Below, in pieces: positions 10,310-19,278 of a stretch of 64,000 nt of DNA. The notes under the pieces were generated by a model. It had not been told where the DNA came from and did no database searches. It saw nothing but the letters and a program-made list of their open reading frames with translations. The DNA is taken from sequence record NZ_CP027239.1. One strand, written 5' to 3'. The stretch comes from a plasmid. Each line of letters starts with the position of its first letter. The first letter of the stretch is position 1. The translations under genes and the position numbers were made by a program.

Positions 10310-10549
10310 GAGAGGCATCCTCAGGGGAGGGGCCACAGCCACTCCGCCGCGCCAACCCAAGGGGTACAGGCGCACAGCCTGGGGCTGATGTGGCTGCAAT
10401 TAACTTCTGAGGCTACGGCGGTAACACCCCCAGCGGGCCAAGCGATTCCGGCCTAGCGACTAGGAAAAAGTCAGCGCAACGCAACGGCATGACCGTGACT
10501 TACCCTGATCGCAGCACGACCCATCGGAATCACTGCAAGGAGCACCTTC

Positions 10550-10942
10550 ATGGACCCCATCACGCTTGCCATCATCGCGGGCCTGCTCAATGTAGGCCCA
10601 GCCGTGGGCGGCTCCGTGGCCGCCGCCGGACCGGCAGCCGCCGCCATCGCCCCCGCCGCCGCCTCCATCGCCCCCGCCGCCGCTGGCGCGGCTGCCACTG
10701 CGCCCATCTGGGTCCCAGCCGCCGGTACCGGTGCCGCTGTGGCCGCAGGCGCTGGCAGCCTGGGCGCGGGATCCGCAGTCGCCAGCAACCCGGTGGCCGC
10801 CCAGGGCGCCGAGGCATGGTTCAACGACATCAACAACCAGGCCGTCATCGGCTCGGTCGAGGCCAACAACTTCGTCGCCGACGGCCTCAACCCGCACCTG
10901 CCGCCGGAGCATCAGATTCCGAAGCGCACCATCGGGTACTGA
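10550..10942 (+). CDS. Ala/Gly-rich small protein, probably envelope-associated (130 aa)
   Basis: AAGGAG RBS at 10536-10541. Hydrophobic N-terminus followed by a poly-Ala/Gly low-complexity region. Confidence 0.5.
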   Translation: MDPITLAIIAGLLNVGPAVGGSVAAAGPAAAAIAPAAASIAPAAAGAAATAPIWVPAAGTGAAVAAGAGSLGAGSAVASNPVAAQGAEAWFNDINNQAVIGSVEANNFVADGLNPHLPPEHQIPKRTIGY

Positions 10943-11151
10943 CCCCGGCACGAACACAGCAGTCGATGCGTAACGACCAGGGCTGGCCATCACACGGCCA
11001 GCCCTGGTCAGCATTTAACGACCCGCCAGCATCGCCATTGCTCCCGATGCAGCCCCGGCTCGACACGACGCGCCGGTAACATCCCCACCGCTGGACACAC
11101 TGGCTGTCCGCCACCCACGGCAGGCGAGCCCTCACGATCGGAGACAAACTA

Positions 11152-11328
11152 TGGGCGCACTCGGCGCAATACTCACCTCGGTAGCCGCAGCCATGGGCTC
11201 CGTTGCTGTCGGCGTCGGCGGCTGGAGCCTAGTCGCGACGGCAGTCAACAACGACGGCATCTGGCACGGCCTACCGATCGAACTCCAAACCGCGATCCGC
11301 GACGCGGGTCTGGCCCCGGGCCGCTAAC
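11152..11328 (+). CDS. small hydrophobic protein (58 aa), not in the ORF track
   Basis: ATG 11152 preceded by GGAGA. Translation MGALGAILTSVAAAMGSVAVGVGGWSLVATAVNNDGIWHGLPIELQTAIRDAGLAPGR, stop at 11326-11328. Predicted transmembrane helix. Confidence 0.3.
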
Positions 11329-11444
11329 CCCATGCGCAGCTCCGGCCGCCCCTGTCCACCCGACCAGGTGGACTGGGGCGGCCGGCCTCATTTCCGCCAG
11401 AGCCCCATCTCCGAACCGCGAACCGCCCACCCGGAGGTCCACGA

Positions 11445-11702
11445 ATGAAGCCGCTCGACGTGATCGCAGACATTGTCAGCGGCCCGTCCCTGCAAGGTGC
11501 TGCCTGTGTCGGCAAAGCCCCCCTGTTCGACGCTCGAGCCGACGGTGAACCCCGGGCCTCGTACCTGCGTCGCTACCGGCAAGCCGCCAGCATTTGCCGA
11601 ACCTGCCCTGTCCTTGAACGGTGCGATCAGGCGGCTAACGACGCCCCTGCCGGCCAATGCACCGGCATCTGGGCCGAACGCCGCTTCGGTCGCGGCGCGT
11701 AA
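11445..11702 (+). CDS. WhiB-like (Wbl) Fe-S transcription factor
   Basis: Cys pattern C(19)...C-x2-C-x5-C (CRTCPVLERC) and a C-terminal G[IV]W motif (GIWAERRFG). GGAGGT RBS. Confidence 0.7.
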   Translation: MKPLDVIADIVSGPSLQGAACVGKAPLFDARADGEPRASYLRRYRQAASICRTCPVLERCDQAANDAPAGQCTGIWAERRFGRGA

Positions 11703-11758
11703 CGGAAGTCGGGCTCGCGCCACCACGCCGACCAGGACGGGTGGCACGATCCTGTCGC

Positions 11759-14284
11759 ATGACCGCATTGATGATCGACGGTGCCGGCAGCCTCGACCGC
11801 GACGACGCGGTGACGGTGACGGAGCGCGGAGACGGCTGGGATGCAACCGTGTACGTGGCCGCCGTCGCCGATGTCGTCCCCCTCGGGTCGCCAGCAGATC
11901 GGTCAGCCTTGGCCCGGGTGCACACCCGCTACCGGCGCAGCGGAGTGAAACCCATGCTCGGACGAGAACTCGAGGACGCAGCCACACTGTCGTCCACCCA
12001 GCCGCGGCCCGTGGTGGCCATCGGCATGCGGTTCACCAACGACGGCAGCCTGACCGCGTCGTCCATCTCCCGCGACCTGCTGCCCGCCGGCGCCGCAATC
12101 GCCTACACGCACCAGCAGGTGGGGGCCGCCCTCTCCCCGAACTCAACCGATCCGCAGCGTGCCCAACTCAGTGCCGCGTACCGGCTGGCCAGGACGCTAA
12201 TAGCCGCCCGGCGGGCGGCCGGGGCATTCGCAGTCTTCGACGCAGCTCGCGGCATGGTCACCAGCGAAGAAGGCCAGCTGGTGGCCATGCAGTCCGGTCA
12301 GACTCCGGCCGCCTACCTGATCGTCCAAGAGCTGATGGTGGCCGCGAACGCGACGCTCGCACGGTGGGCCATCGAACTGGAACTGCCGATCCTGTTCCGC
12401 AATCACGTCCGATCGGCCGTCGCCCCGCCCGCGGACGCCCTGCTCGCCGACGTCGCCGCTGAACTGTCCGCCTCACCGGTGATGACGCCAGACGCCCTGC
12501 AGGCCCTCACCGCCCGGGTCAATCAGACGCTTCGCCCGGCGACGTACCAACCGGTGGCCATCGGTCACTTCGGCCTGCAGATTCCCGCCTACGCTCACGC
12601 CACATCCCCGCTGCGCCGCTACGCCGACCTCGTCACCCAGCGTCAGGTCCTGGCCCAGCTCGACGGTCTGGAGCCGCCGTACGCCCCGTCAGTGCTCGAC
12701 GACATCGCCGAGGCCATCAACAGCACCCTGCGCGACCGGGCCCAGCAGATTTCAGCGACGGCGTCGGCAACACGCCGCAAGCAAGCGGCCACCACCATCG
12801 CCTCCGGCGACTACACGCACACGCACGGCCGCGACTGGCTGCGCGTACTGAGGATCGCCGCCGACACAGCCCTGCCTCCCTCGCTCGCGACAGAGGTGCG
12901 CCGGCGGGCCGACGCCGGCGAACTGGACGGCGGGCAGCTGGCCGTGATGATGCGGGCGACCGGGCATGGGTGGCCGGGACTGCTCGAGCAGGTGATCGCC
13001 GCCGCGCGCCGGGTCACACCGCATGCCGCAGCCTCGACGATTTCCGCCTGGCACCAAGCCGAGGACGACGACCGGCCCGCGCCGCAGGCCGAGTACCGGC
13101 AGGACGGGCCGCCGCACGACCCAACCTTCACTGCACGGGTGACGTTCGCTGGGGTCGCCTCCTCGTGGACGTCCGCGGCGTCGAAGAAACTGGCAGAGAG
13201 GGAGGCCCTGTGGGAGATCGTTGAAGTGCTGGCCGGCGTGAGGGACGCCCCGACGCCGGCAGACCCGCCCCAGGTGGGCGACACCGGCCTCGCCCGGCAG
13301 CCGGCAGACCAGGCAACCCCAGAGGGGGCGCCGGTGGAGCTGGAGACACTGTCCGGCAAGGGCTGGCTTCGGGCCGCGCGGGCCTTGATCTCCGACCCGG
13401 CCGGCCGAGAAGACGAGCTGGCCCGCGAGCTGCGGCGCCGCGCCGACGACGGCACCCTGGAGCCCCCAGTGGTGGCAGCCCTGCTGGCAGACGACTCAGG
13501 CAGGTGGTGGCCGCTGCTGGGGGAGCTGGTGGCCACGATGCGCACCACGGCACCGCACGCCGCCAATTCGACCCTGTCGGCGTGGCAGCAACTACGCGGC
13601 GCCCCGGTTGGCTCCCCAGATCTGGAGGTGCGCCAGTTCGGCACGCCGCATGCCCCGTTGTTCGCCATCCGCGCCCGACTCCAGCAGTGGTTGACCTCGT
13701 GGCAGTGCGGCCACGCCAAGAAGGCGGCGGCGACTCAGCAGGCGCTATGGGACCTCGTGGACGTGATCGCAGGCAACGCCCCTCCCGGGGCCGTCGACGA
13801 CGCACCGACTGCCCCCGAGCTCGAGGCCGCCGCCGACAGGGAAAACGGCAAGACGATCGCCCTGGCCCACCTCAAGAGGGGGACCGGACGGGCAGCAGTT
13901 CCGCCTCACGCCGAAGGGCCGCTGATGTCATCGCCCGCCGAGGTCACAGCCAGCGCCCCGCCGCTGGCCCACACCGAGGTGCCCGCCCAGGTGCGCGAAC
14001 ACGCTGCCCTGGTAGCGGCCCTGGGAGGCACACCCACCGAAAGGGCCAAGAAGTACCGCAATGCCGTGAAATCGCCGACCGCCTGGATCAACAACCTGGC
14101 AGCAGTCCTGCACAGCGACGCCCCGGAGGTGGACACCACCAGCATCGAGGGCGGCTACACAGCCACGATCACGATCAACACCCCGGTAGGGGCAGTCGTC
14201 GGCAGTGGGGCCGGCACCAACCAGAAGACCGCCCGCGCAGTCGCTTCGCTGGGGATCGTGCTCCACCTGTTCTCCCTGACCTAA
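11759..14284 (+). CDS. RNase II/R-family (RNB domain) nuclease fused to three C-terminal dsRBD-like repeats
   Basis: RNB motif I LDRDDAVTV. Hallmark RNB motif HFGLQIPAYAHATSPLRRYADLVTQRQ. C-terminal half holds an internal duplication (EVRRRADAGELD...PHAAASTISAWHQA versus ELRRRADDGTLE...PHAANSTLSAWQQL). It also holds three DSRM-like signatures (FAGVASSWTSAASKKLAEREALWEIV, WQCGHAKKAAATQQALWDLV, VGSGAGTNQKTARAVASLGIVLHL). Start taken as the first in-frame ATG after the WhiB stop (ORF 11657..14284). Confidence 0.7.
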   Translation: MTALMIDGAGSLDRDDAVTVTERGDGWDATVYVAAVADVVPLGSPADRSALARVHTRYRRSGVKPMLGRELEDAATLSSTQPRPVVAIGMRFTNDGSLTASSISRDLLPAGAAIAYTHQQVGAALSPNSTDPQRAQLSAAYRLARTLIAARRAAGAFAVFDAARGMVTSEEGQLVAMQSGQTPAAYLIVQELMVAANATLARWAIELELPILFRNHVRSAVAPPADALLADVAAELSASPVMTPDALQALTARVNQTLRPATYQPVAIGHFGLQIPAYAHATSPLRRYADLVTQRQVLAQLDGLEPPYAPSVLDDIAEAINSTLRDRAQQISATASATRRKQAATTIASGDYTHTHGRDWLRVLRIAADTALPPSLATEVRRRADAGELDGGQLAVMMRATGHGWPGLLEQVIAAARRVTPHAAASTISAWHQAEDDDRPAPQAEYRQDGPPHDPTFTARVTFAGVASSWTSAASKKLAEREALWEIVEVLAGVRDAPTPADPPQVGDTGLARQPADQATPEGAPVELETLSGKGWLRAARALISDPAGREDELARELRRRADDGTLEPPVVAALLADDSGRWWPLLGELVATMRTTAPHAANSTLSAWQQLRGAPVGSPDLEVRQFGTPHAPLFAIRARLQQWLTSWQCGHAKKAAATQQALWDLVDVIAGNAPPGAVDDAPTAPELEAAADRENGKTIALAHLKRGTGRAAVPPHAEGPLMSSPAEVTASAPPLAHTEVPAQVREHAALVAALGGTPTERAKKYRNAVKSPTAWINNLAAVLHSDAPEVDTTSIEGGYTATITINTPVGAVVGSGAGTNQKTARAVASLGIVLHLFSLT

Positions 14285-14421
14285 AAGCCAAGCCCGCAGC
14301 CGCGGCCGAGCTGTCCGGCGTCGGCCGCTCCACGGGCCACGGCATCACGGCCGCGAGACCACAATTCAAGAACGCAGGGAGATCCTGACGGCGCTACCCA
14401 CCCCGCCCTCAGGAGGTCACA

Positions 14422-14763
14422 GTGACCCTCACCGACCCCATCCGCCCGCCGGCGCCAGCCCGCGACGTCGAGCGCATCGTCTGCCCCACCTACGCCGACG
14501 TCGTGCATCTCATGCGCAGCTACCGGCACCATCAACTGGTCACTGCTGGCGCCCTCGCTGATCGAGACCAGGCCCAGCACCTCATCGGCAAGAGGCTCGC
14601 CAATGCCGGCCGCCCACTCGCCGGCACAGTCGTGGTCACCTCACACCAGCAGCGACTGCTGGCCTTCCACGGAGACATCAGCGCCGTCGACGGGCTGGCG
14701 ATTGAGTTCACCAACGGTGGCCAACTGCCCATGAATAGGCTGGTCGCGGTCGGTATCTGCTGA
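14422..14763 (+). CDS. hypothetical protein, tandem paralogue A (113 aa)
   Basis: GTG 14422 after AGGAGG. C-terminus GDISAVDGLAIEFTNGGQLPMNRLVAVGI matches the next gene. Confidence 0.5.
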   Translation: MTLTDPIRPPAPARDVERIVCPTYADVVHLMRSYRHHQLVTAGALADRDQAQHLIGKRLANAGRPLAGTVVVTSHQQRLLAFHGDISAVDGLAIEFTNGGQLPMNRLVAVGIC

Positions 14764-14835
14764 ACTGCTGCAGTCCCGCACGGCGGGTGGATCGTAGGGG
14801 CATCAGAAACAAGCCCACCCCCCAGGGAGCACGCC

Positions 14836-15195
14836 ATGGACACGATCGCCTTCGCCGCCCTCGCAGGAATCGTCGCTGACATCGACCCCACCGCGGTCGT
14901 GCAGACCTGCCCGCAGCGATCCGAGACCGCCGCCCACGACCTGGCCGACCAGATGCCGCACTCGATGCACATCGCACTCGACGCCCAGGACCGCCGGGCC
15001 ACGCTTCCCGCCAAGATCACCGACCGCATCGGCGCGAACTGGGGACGTGTGCCCGCCGTGGTCATCGCCCGAAGCCCGCGCGGCGACTTCTACGCCTTCA
15101 TCGGCGACATCGTCGGGGTCGACACCTTCACCCTGCAGTTCGCCAATGACCTCCGCGTCCCCCTCGGCCGCGTCGTCGCCGTCGGCCTGGACTGA
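14836..15195 (+). CDS. hypothetical protein, tandem paralogue B (119 aa)
   Basis: AGGGAG RBS. C-terminus GDIVGVDTFTLQFANDLRVPLGRVVAVGL parallels paralogue A. Confidence 0.5.
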   Translation: MDTIAFAALAGIVADIDPTAVVQTCPQRSETAAHDLADQMPHSMHIALDAQDRRATLPAKITDRIGANWGRVPAVVIARSPRGDFYAFIGDIVGVDTFTLQFANDLRVPLGRVVAVGLD

Positions 15196-15475
15196 TCGCA
15201 CCCCGAGCCAGCACCCGAAGGGGGCGGTGGCCCGCAGTTCCCCCGCCCCAGTCGGGTACCAACCTCCAGCGGGGCCCTGTGCCCAGTGGGGCAATGGGGC
15301 CGGTTGGGTACAAATGACCCAATGGGGCCAACCTGCCGACGCTAGAGACAAGTCGCTGATGTTCTGGAGCCGTAGACGGGGCATGCCGGGACTGTTGGCC
15401 CAACCCACTGGGCAGGAACTAGCCTGGAAAGCGCTTGACAGTACTGCTCTCCTACAGGTCAGTTAGGCACCTTTC

Positions 15476-15537
15476 GAGATCGAGCTGCCGCTCGATCTCG
15501 ACAATCCCGGCCCTCCGGCAAGAGGGCCGGGATTGAC
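15476..15537. terminator. two consecutive perfect hairpins (terminator-like)
   Basis: cgagatcgagc-tgcc-gctcgatctcg at 15476-15501. aatcccggccctc-cggcaaga-gggccgggatt at 15507-15537, followed by gactattttg. Lies downstream of the minus-strand membrane-protein gene and in a 400-bp non-coding stretch. Confidence 0.35.
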
Positions 15538-15600
15538 TATTTTGCTGCTGCGCCTGCGGGGCGCGCAGAGGTGACGAGCTGCGCCAGAACCGCGTCTCGG

Positions 15601-16533
15601 TCAGGCCTTCGAGTCAGCGAGCTCGACCAGCATCCGATGCGCCACCACCGGATCCCGCGTCGACCTCCACAGAGACCAGCTACTCCCCGACGGAATCAAA
15701 GCCTCGTCCAGGAACACATCCGGAGCGTGGGCGTGGCTGTCCTGCCACTCCTGAATCCGGTCCCTCAGCAGCCGGTAACGACCCACTCGGCGCCCCACAG
15801 CGGCGCCCAGCATCAACAGCAGTCCAGTGGCGCCGGAAAGGATGGCGCACGCCAACGTCGCCAGCGAAATCTGAGGGGCGTGCGCGCTGTACCAAGGCCA
15901 TACATTGAAGTACTCGACCGTGAGGTTGACGACCTTGTGCGCCACATACGCAGACCCGAACAGGCCTGAGGCAGACACCGAGGCCACCGCAATGCGGGGG
16001 ACGCCCGGCCGGAACACCGCGGCAGCTCGCCCAGCGAGCCCCGCGACCGTCGCCGATGAGGACCCCAGGCACAACAGGTAGATCAGCCAGTAAATGGCGA
16101 ACCATCCGGTCATGTCGAAGTCCTGGCTCATGAACGCCGTCGGGGCGTGCGGCACGGGCGACAGGGCGAACGTCACGGCCATGCCCACCACAACGGCACC
16201 GATTGAGCCGACCAGCAGGAGCTTCCGAAATGGGCGTCCGAAGATTCCGGCCACGGCATGCACCAGGAAGATCGCCCCGACCGCGCCGAGCGTCATCCCG
16301 GAGTAGTCAGTCACGTTCCATACCCCTGACCAGGAGTGGAACCAGCCGTCGATCCACTCGTCGGACACCACCGGAGTGCGAGCCAGCTTCCCCAGGCCGA
16401 AACAGAGCAGCGAAGCCGACAGGTGGTGGGCGTACGGGCCCGCTGTCCGCATGGTCATCAACCGGTGCAGCGCCAGGAACACCGCGAGAAGGCAGATGAT
16501 GGTGACGACAGCCGTCCCGATCATGACTTCCAC
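15601..16533 (-). CDS. polytopic integral membrane protein (310 aa)
   Basis: At least seven hydrophobic segments. Start overlaps the ImmA-like stop, so it is the last gene of the XRE–ImmA operon. Confidence 0.6.
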   Translation of the reverse strand: MEVMIGTAVVTIICLLAVFLALHRLMTMRTAGPYAHHLSASLLCFGLGKLARTPVVSDEWIDGWFHSWSGVWNVTDYSGMTLGAVGAIFLVHAVAGIFGRPFRKLLLVGSIGAVVVGMAVTFALSPVPHAPTAFMSQDFDMTGWFAIYWLIYLLCLGSSSATVAGLAGRAAAVFRPGVPRIAVASVSASGLFGSAYVAHKVVNLTVEYFNVWPWYSAHAPQISLATLACAILSGATGLLLMLGAAVGRRVGRYRLLRDRIQEWQDSHAHAPDVFLDEALIPSGSSWSLWRSTRDPVVAHRMLVELADSKA

Positions 16534-17087
16534 CCCAGAGCGGCCAAGAAGCGTTCAGCGATCGCGTACGAGCTTCGGTCGTGCCCATCGAGGTAGACCT
16601 GGCCACGCACGGCGTCGGCGCGAGTCTGAATGATCGTGGCCATCCATTCCGCTGTTTGCTCCAGCTCTGAGATGTAGGAAGCGCGAGCGAAACAGACGCG
16701 TGCCGGTCCGAGCTGGGACAGGAACCCCTCGGGCAGGTTCGGGGCCAGGCGCCGGAGCTGAGCGCGGTAGGTATCAGCATCGAGATCGTCAGCGCCCTCG
16801 TGGGCGAGGACTACGTGGGCGAGCTCGTGACACCGGACGTGCTCCTGATAGTTGGCGTTGCCGCGGGTGGTGATGTAGATCCGGTTGATGCTCGGCGAGG
16901 GCACCCACAGTCCACTGATCTCGTCCTCCAGTGAGGCCGGCAGCGGGGAAACAGTGATTGGTTTGCCGGTAATCAGCCCGATACTGGCGGTGAACTCGTC
17001 GATGTCCCACGGGCGTCGGATCGGCAGGGCTTCGACAAGTCGCTCAGCGGTGTGCTGAGGATCGCGTGCAGTCGGCTTTCTGAGCAT
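16521..17087 (-). CDS. ImmA/IrrE-family (DUF955) zinc metallopeptidase
   Basis: HEXXH motif HELAHVVLAHE in the usual position. Downstream of an XRE regulator, which is the classic anti-repressor protease arrangement of mobile elements. Confidence 0.65.
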   Translation of the reverse strand: MLRKPTARDPQHTAERLVEALPIRRPWDIDEFTASIGLITGKPITVSPLPASLEDEISGLWVPSPSINRIYITTRGNANYQEHVRCHELAHVVLAHEGADDLDADTYRAQLRRLAPNLPEGFLSQLGPARVCFARASYISELEQTAEWMATIIQTRADAVRGQVYLDGHDRSSYAIAERFLAALGWKS

Positions 17088-17094
17088 GCTCGTG

Positions 17095-17483
17095 TCAGTC
17101 CGGCTTCCGGGAGGGATCGAGCAAGTTGAGAAGGTTCTCGCGGGCCTCGGGGCTCAGCTCGGACCCTGCTCGGAGCTGCACTAGAGCCGGCGAGGTCCGG
17201 TTGAGCTCGGCGAGCGCTTGCAGGCTGTTCCATGCGGGCAGGACGATGGCTGGGTCGTCGCCGAGCAACACCTCTGGGCCGATCTGGATCGAGTCCATCA
17301 CCGCATCGACTACGGGCGCAGGGACGGAGTCCACGTCCCCGGCGCGGAGCGCGGCGATGTGTGCTGGTGTCACGTTGATCCCATGCGAGCTGCTGACGCG
17401 GCCGGCGACGGAGACGTCGAGGTCGCCTGCCTCGGGGTGCAGCAGCGACAGGGCAAGTGCGAACCGCTGTCCGACAGTAGGCA
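17095..17483 (-). CDS. hypothetical protein; 5' end possibly disturbed by the IS insertion
   Basis: ORF 17095..17589 runs right up to the IS left inverted repeat with a low-complexity Pro-rich N-terminus. The first plausible internal start is ATG 17483. Stop is 8 nt before the ImmA start. Confidence 0.35.
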
Positions 17484-17587
17484 TCTCGGACTCGGACCGG
17501 TGGTCCACTGGGGAATCAGTCACAAGTCCTCCTTCTGGTGGTTGGGGGGTGGGGGGCGGGCGCGGGCTAGGAGCGTGGGTCAGTAAC

Positions 17588-19122
17588 ACGCCAGTTCAGG
17601 TCCGCTGATGGGGCGGGTTCGGCGGGATAATTGTCGTCATGGGCGAGGAAGGGTTGTTCGCCGCCGAGGAGTTCCGCGTCGAGCGGGCTGACCGGCAGGG
17701 CGAGGTCGAGCCGGTGGGCGCAGGCAAGACATTTCGGGCGTTCGACCCGGGCCAGGGGTTGTTGCTGCCGCCGTCGCTGGATGACTGGCTTCCGGCCGAT
17801 CATCTGGCACGGTTCGTGGCGGATCTGGTCGATGAGCACCTGGATTTATCGCGGATCTACGTCTCCTACCAGGAGGGGCGCGGGGCCCCGCCGTACGATC
17901 CGCGGTTGATGGTGCGGTTGCTGATCTTCGGCTACACCACGGGGGTGCGCTCCTCCCGCGGGATCGAGAAGGCCTGCACCGACATCGTCGCTTTCCGGTG
18001 GTTGGCGGCCGGGGCGGCCCCGGACTACCGCGCGATCGCCAGGTTTCGCAAGAGGCACCTGGCCGCGCTGGGCAACCTGTTCTTGCAGGCGTTGGCGTTG
18101 TGCCAGGCCGCCGGGATGGTCACGCTTGGACAGGTCGCGCTGGATGGGACGAAGCTGCGGGCGAACGCCTCCAAACGCAAGGCCATGTCGTACGCGCGGC
18201 TGACGGACAAGGAGAAGGTACTGGCCCAGGAGGTCTCCGATCTGCTGGCCGCCGCCGAGGCCATCGACAAGGCCGAGGACGCCAAGTTCGGCAAGAACCG
18301 GCGCGGGGACGAGCTGCCCGATGAGCTGGCCCGCCGAGAGTCTCGCCTGGTCAAGCTGCGCCAGGCCAAAGCTGCTCTGGAAGCCGACGCCGCCGCCGAT
18401 GCGGCGGAGAAGGCTGAGGCTAAGGCCCGCGGTAAGGGCGAAGACGAAGACACCGTCGCGCAGAAGGCCGCTGAGGCCGCCGAGCGCGCCACGCCCAGGC
18501 CGAAGGCCCAGCGCAACTTCACCGACCCGGAGTCGAAGATCATGCTCACCGGGGACGGGTCGTTCGCTCAGTGCTACAACGGCCAGGCCGTGGTCGATGC
18601 CGCCCATCAGATCATCGTGGCGGCCGAGGTCAACGACTGTGCCGCCGACGTCGGCAACCTCATCCCCATGACCGAGCAGGCCATCAGCAACACGGGGCAG
18701 GCCCCGAAGCAGATGCTCGCCGATGCCGGGTACTGCTCAGCCGCGAACCTCGCCGCCTCCGCCGAGGTCACCGGCGAGCAGGGCACCGAGTTCTTCATCG
18801 CCACCGGACGACAGCGCAGCGGGGAACCGGCGCCGATCGCCCCCCGGGGACCGATCCCGGCCAGCGCCACGGACAAGCAGCGCATGGCCCGCAAGCTCGC
18901 CACGAAGAAAGGCCGAGCGGTCTACGCCCGGCGCAAAGCGATCGTCGAACCGGTCTTCGGACAGATGAGCACCCTGCAGAACGGCAAGCAACTCCTGATT
19001 CGCGGTCTGGACGCCGCCCGCGGTGAATGGCTACTGCTCGCTGCCTGCCACAACCTGCGAAAGCTCCACGGTCATATCGGCGCCACCGGGCTCGGCGGCC
19101 TCCAGATCGCCTGAACTGGCAG
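17588..19122 (+). mobile_element. IS1182-family insertion sequence (about 1.5 kb) with terminal inverted repeats
   Basis: Left end ACGCCAGTTCAGG (17588-17600). Right end CCTGAACTGGCAGG (19110-19123) is its reverse complement (11-12 of 13 match). Single transposase ORF between them. Flanking genes are on the opposite strand. Confidence 0.7.
17639..19114 (+). CDS. IS1182-family (IS5 superfamily) DDE transposase
   Basis: N-terminal InsH-like region PPYDPRLMVRLLIFGYTTGVRSSRGIEKACTDIVAFRWLAAG...YRAIARFRKRH. Central Lys/Ala/Glu coiled-coil insert. C-terminal DDE region NFTDPESKIM...CYNGQAVVD...IIVAAEV...LADAGYCS. Confidence 0.85.
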   Translation: MGEEGLFAAEEFRVERADRQGEVEPVGAGKTFRAFDPGQGLLLPPSLDDWLPADHLARFVADLVDEHLDLSRIYVSYQEGRGAPPYDPRLMVRLLIFGYTTGVRSSRGIEKACTDIVAFRWLAAGAAPDYRAIARFRKRHLAALGNLFLQALALCQAAGMVTLGQVALDGTKLRANASKRKAMSYARLTDKEKVLAQEVSDLLAAAEAIDKAEDAKFGKNRRGDELPDELARRESRLVKLRQAKAALEADAAADAAEKAEAKARGKGEDEDTVAQKAAEAAERATPRPKAQRNFTDPESKIMLTGDGSFAQCYNGQAVVDAAHQIIVAAEVNDCAADVGNLIPMTEQAISNTGQAPKQMLADAGYCSAANLAASAEVTGEQGTEFFIATGRQRSGEPAPIAPRGPIPASATDKQRMARKLATKKGRAVYARRKAIVEPVFGQMSTLQNGKQLLIRGLDAARGEWLLLAACHNLRKLHGHIGATGLGGLQIA

Positions 19123-19278
19123 GCCCGGGCGACCTACAGGCTGACCCGCGGACTGAACGCCATCACCGCGGCTTCGCAAACCGAATACCTGGCCGCCAGT
19201 GACGCCGGCCCGAGCGCAACGCTCTCACGCACTCCGCCGTACTCTCGGCGCGCTTCGAGCCATTACTGACCCATGCTC

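Noticed and set aside
10460-11080. Overlapping ORFs 10460..11014 (-), 10471..10890 (-), 10489..11079 (+), 10587..10817 (-)
   Set aside because: All overlap the RBS-supported Ala/Gly-rich gene 10550..10942. They are generated by the repetitive GCC/GGC codons and have no independent start signals.
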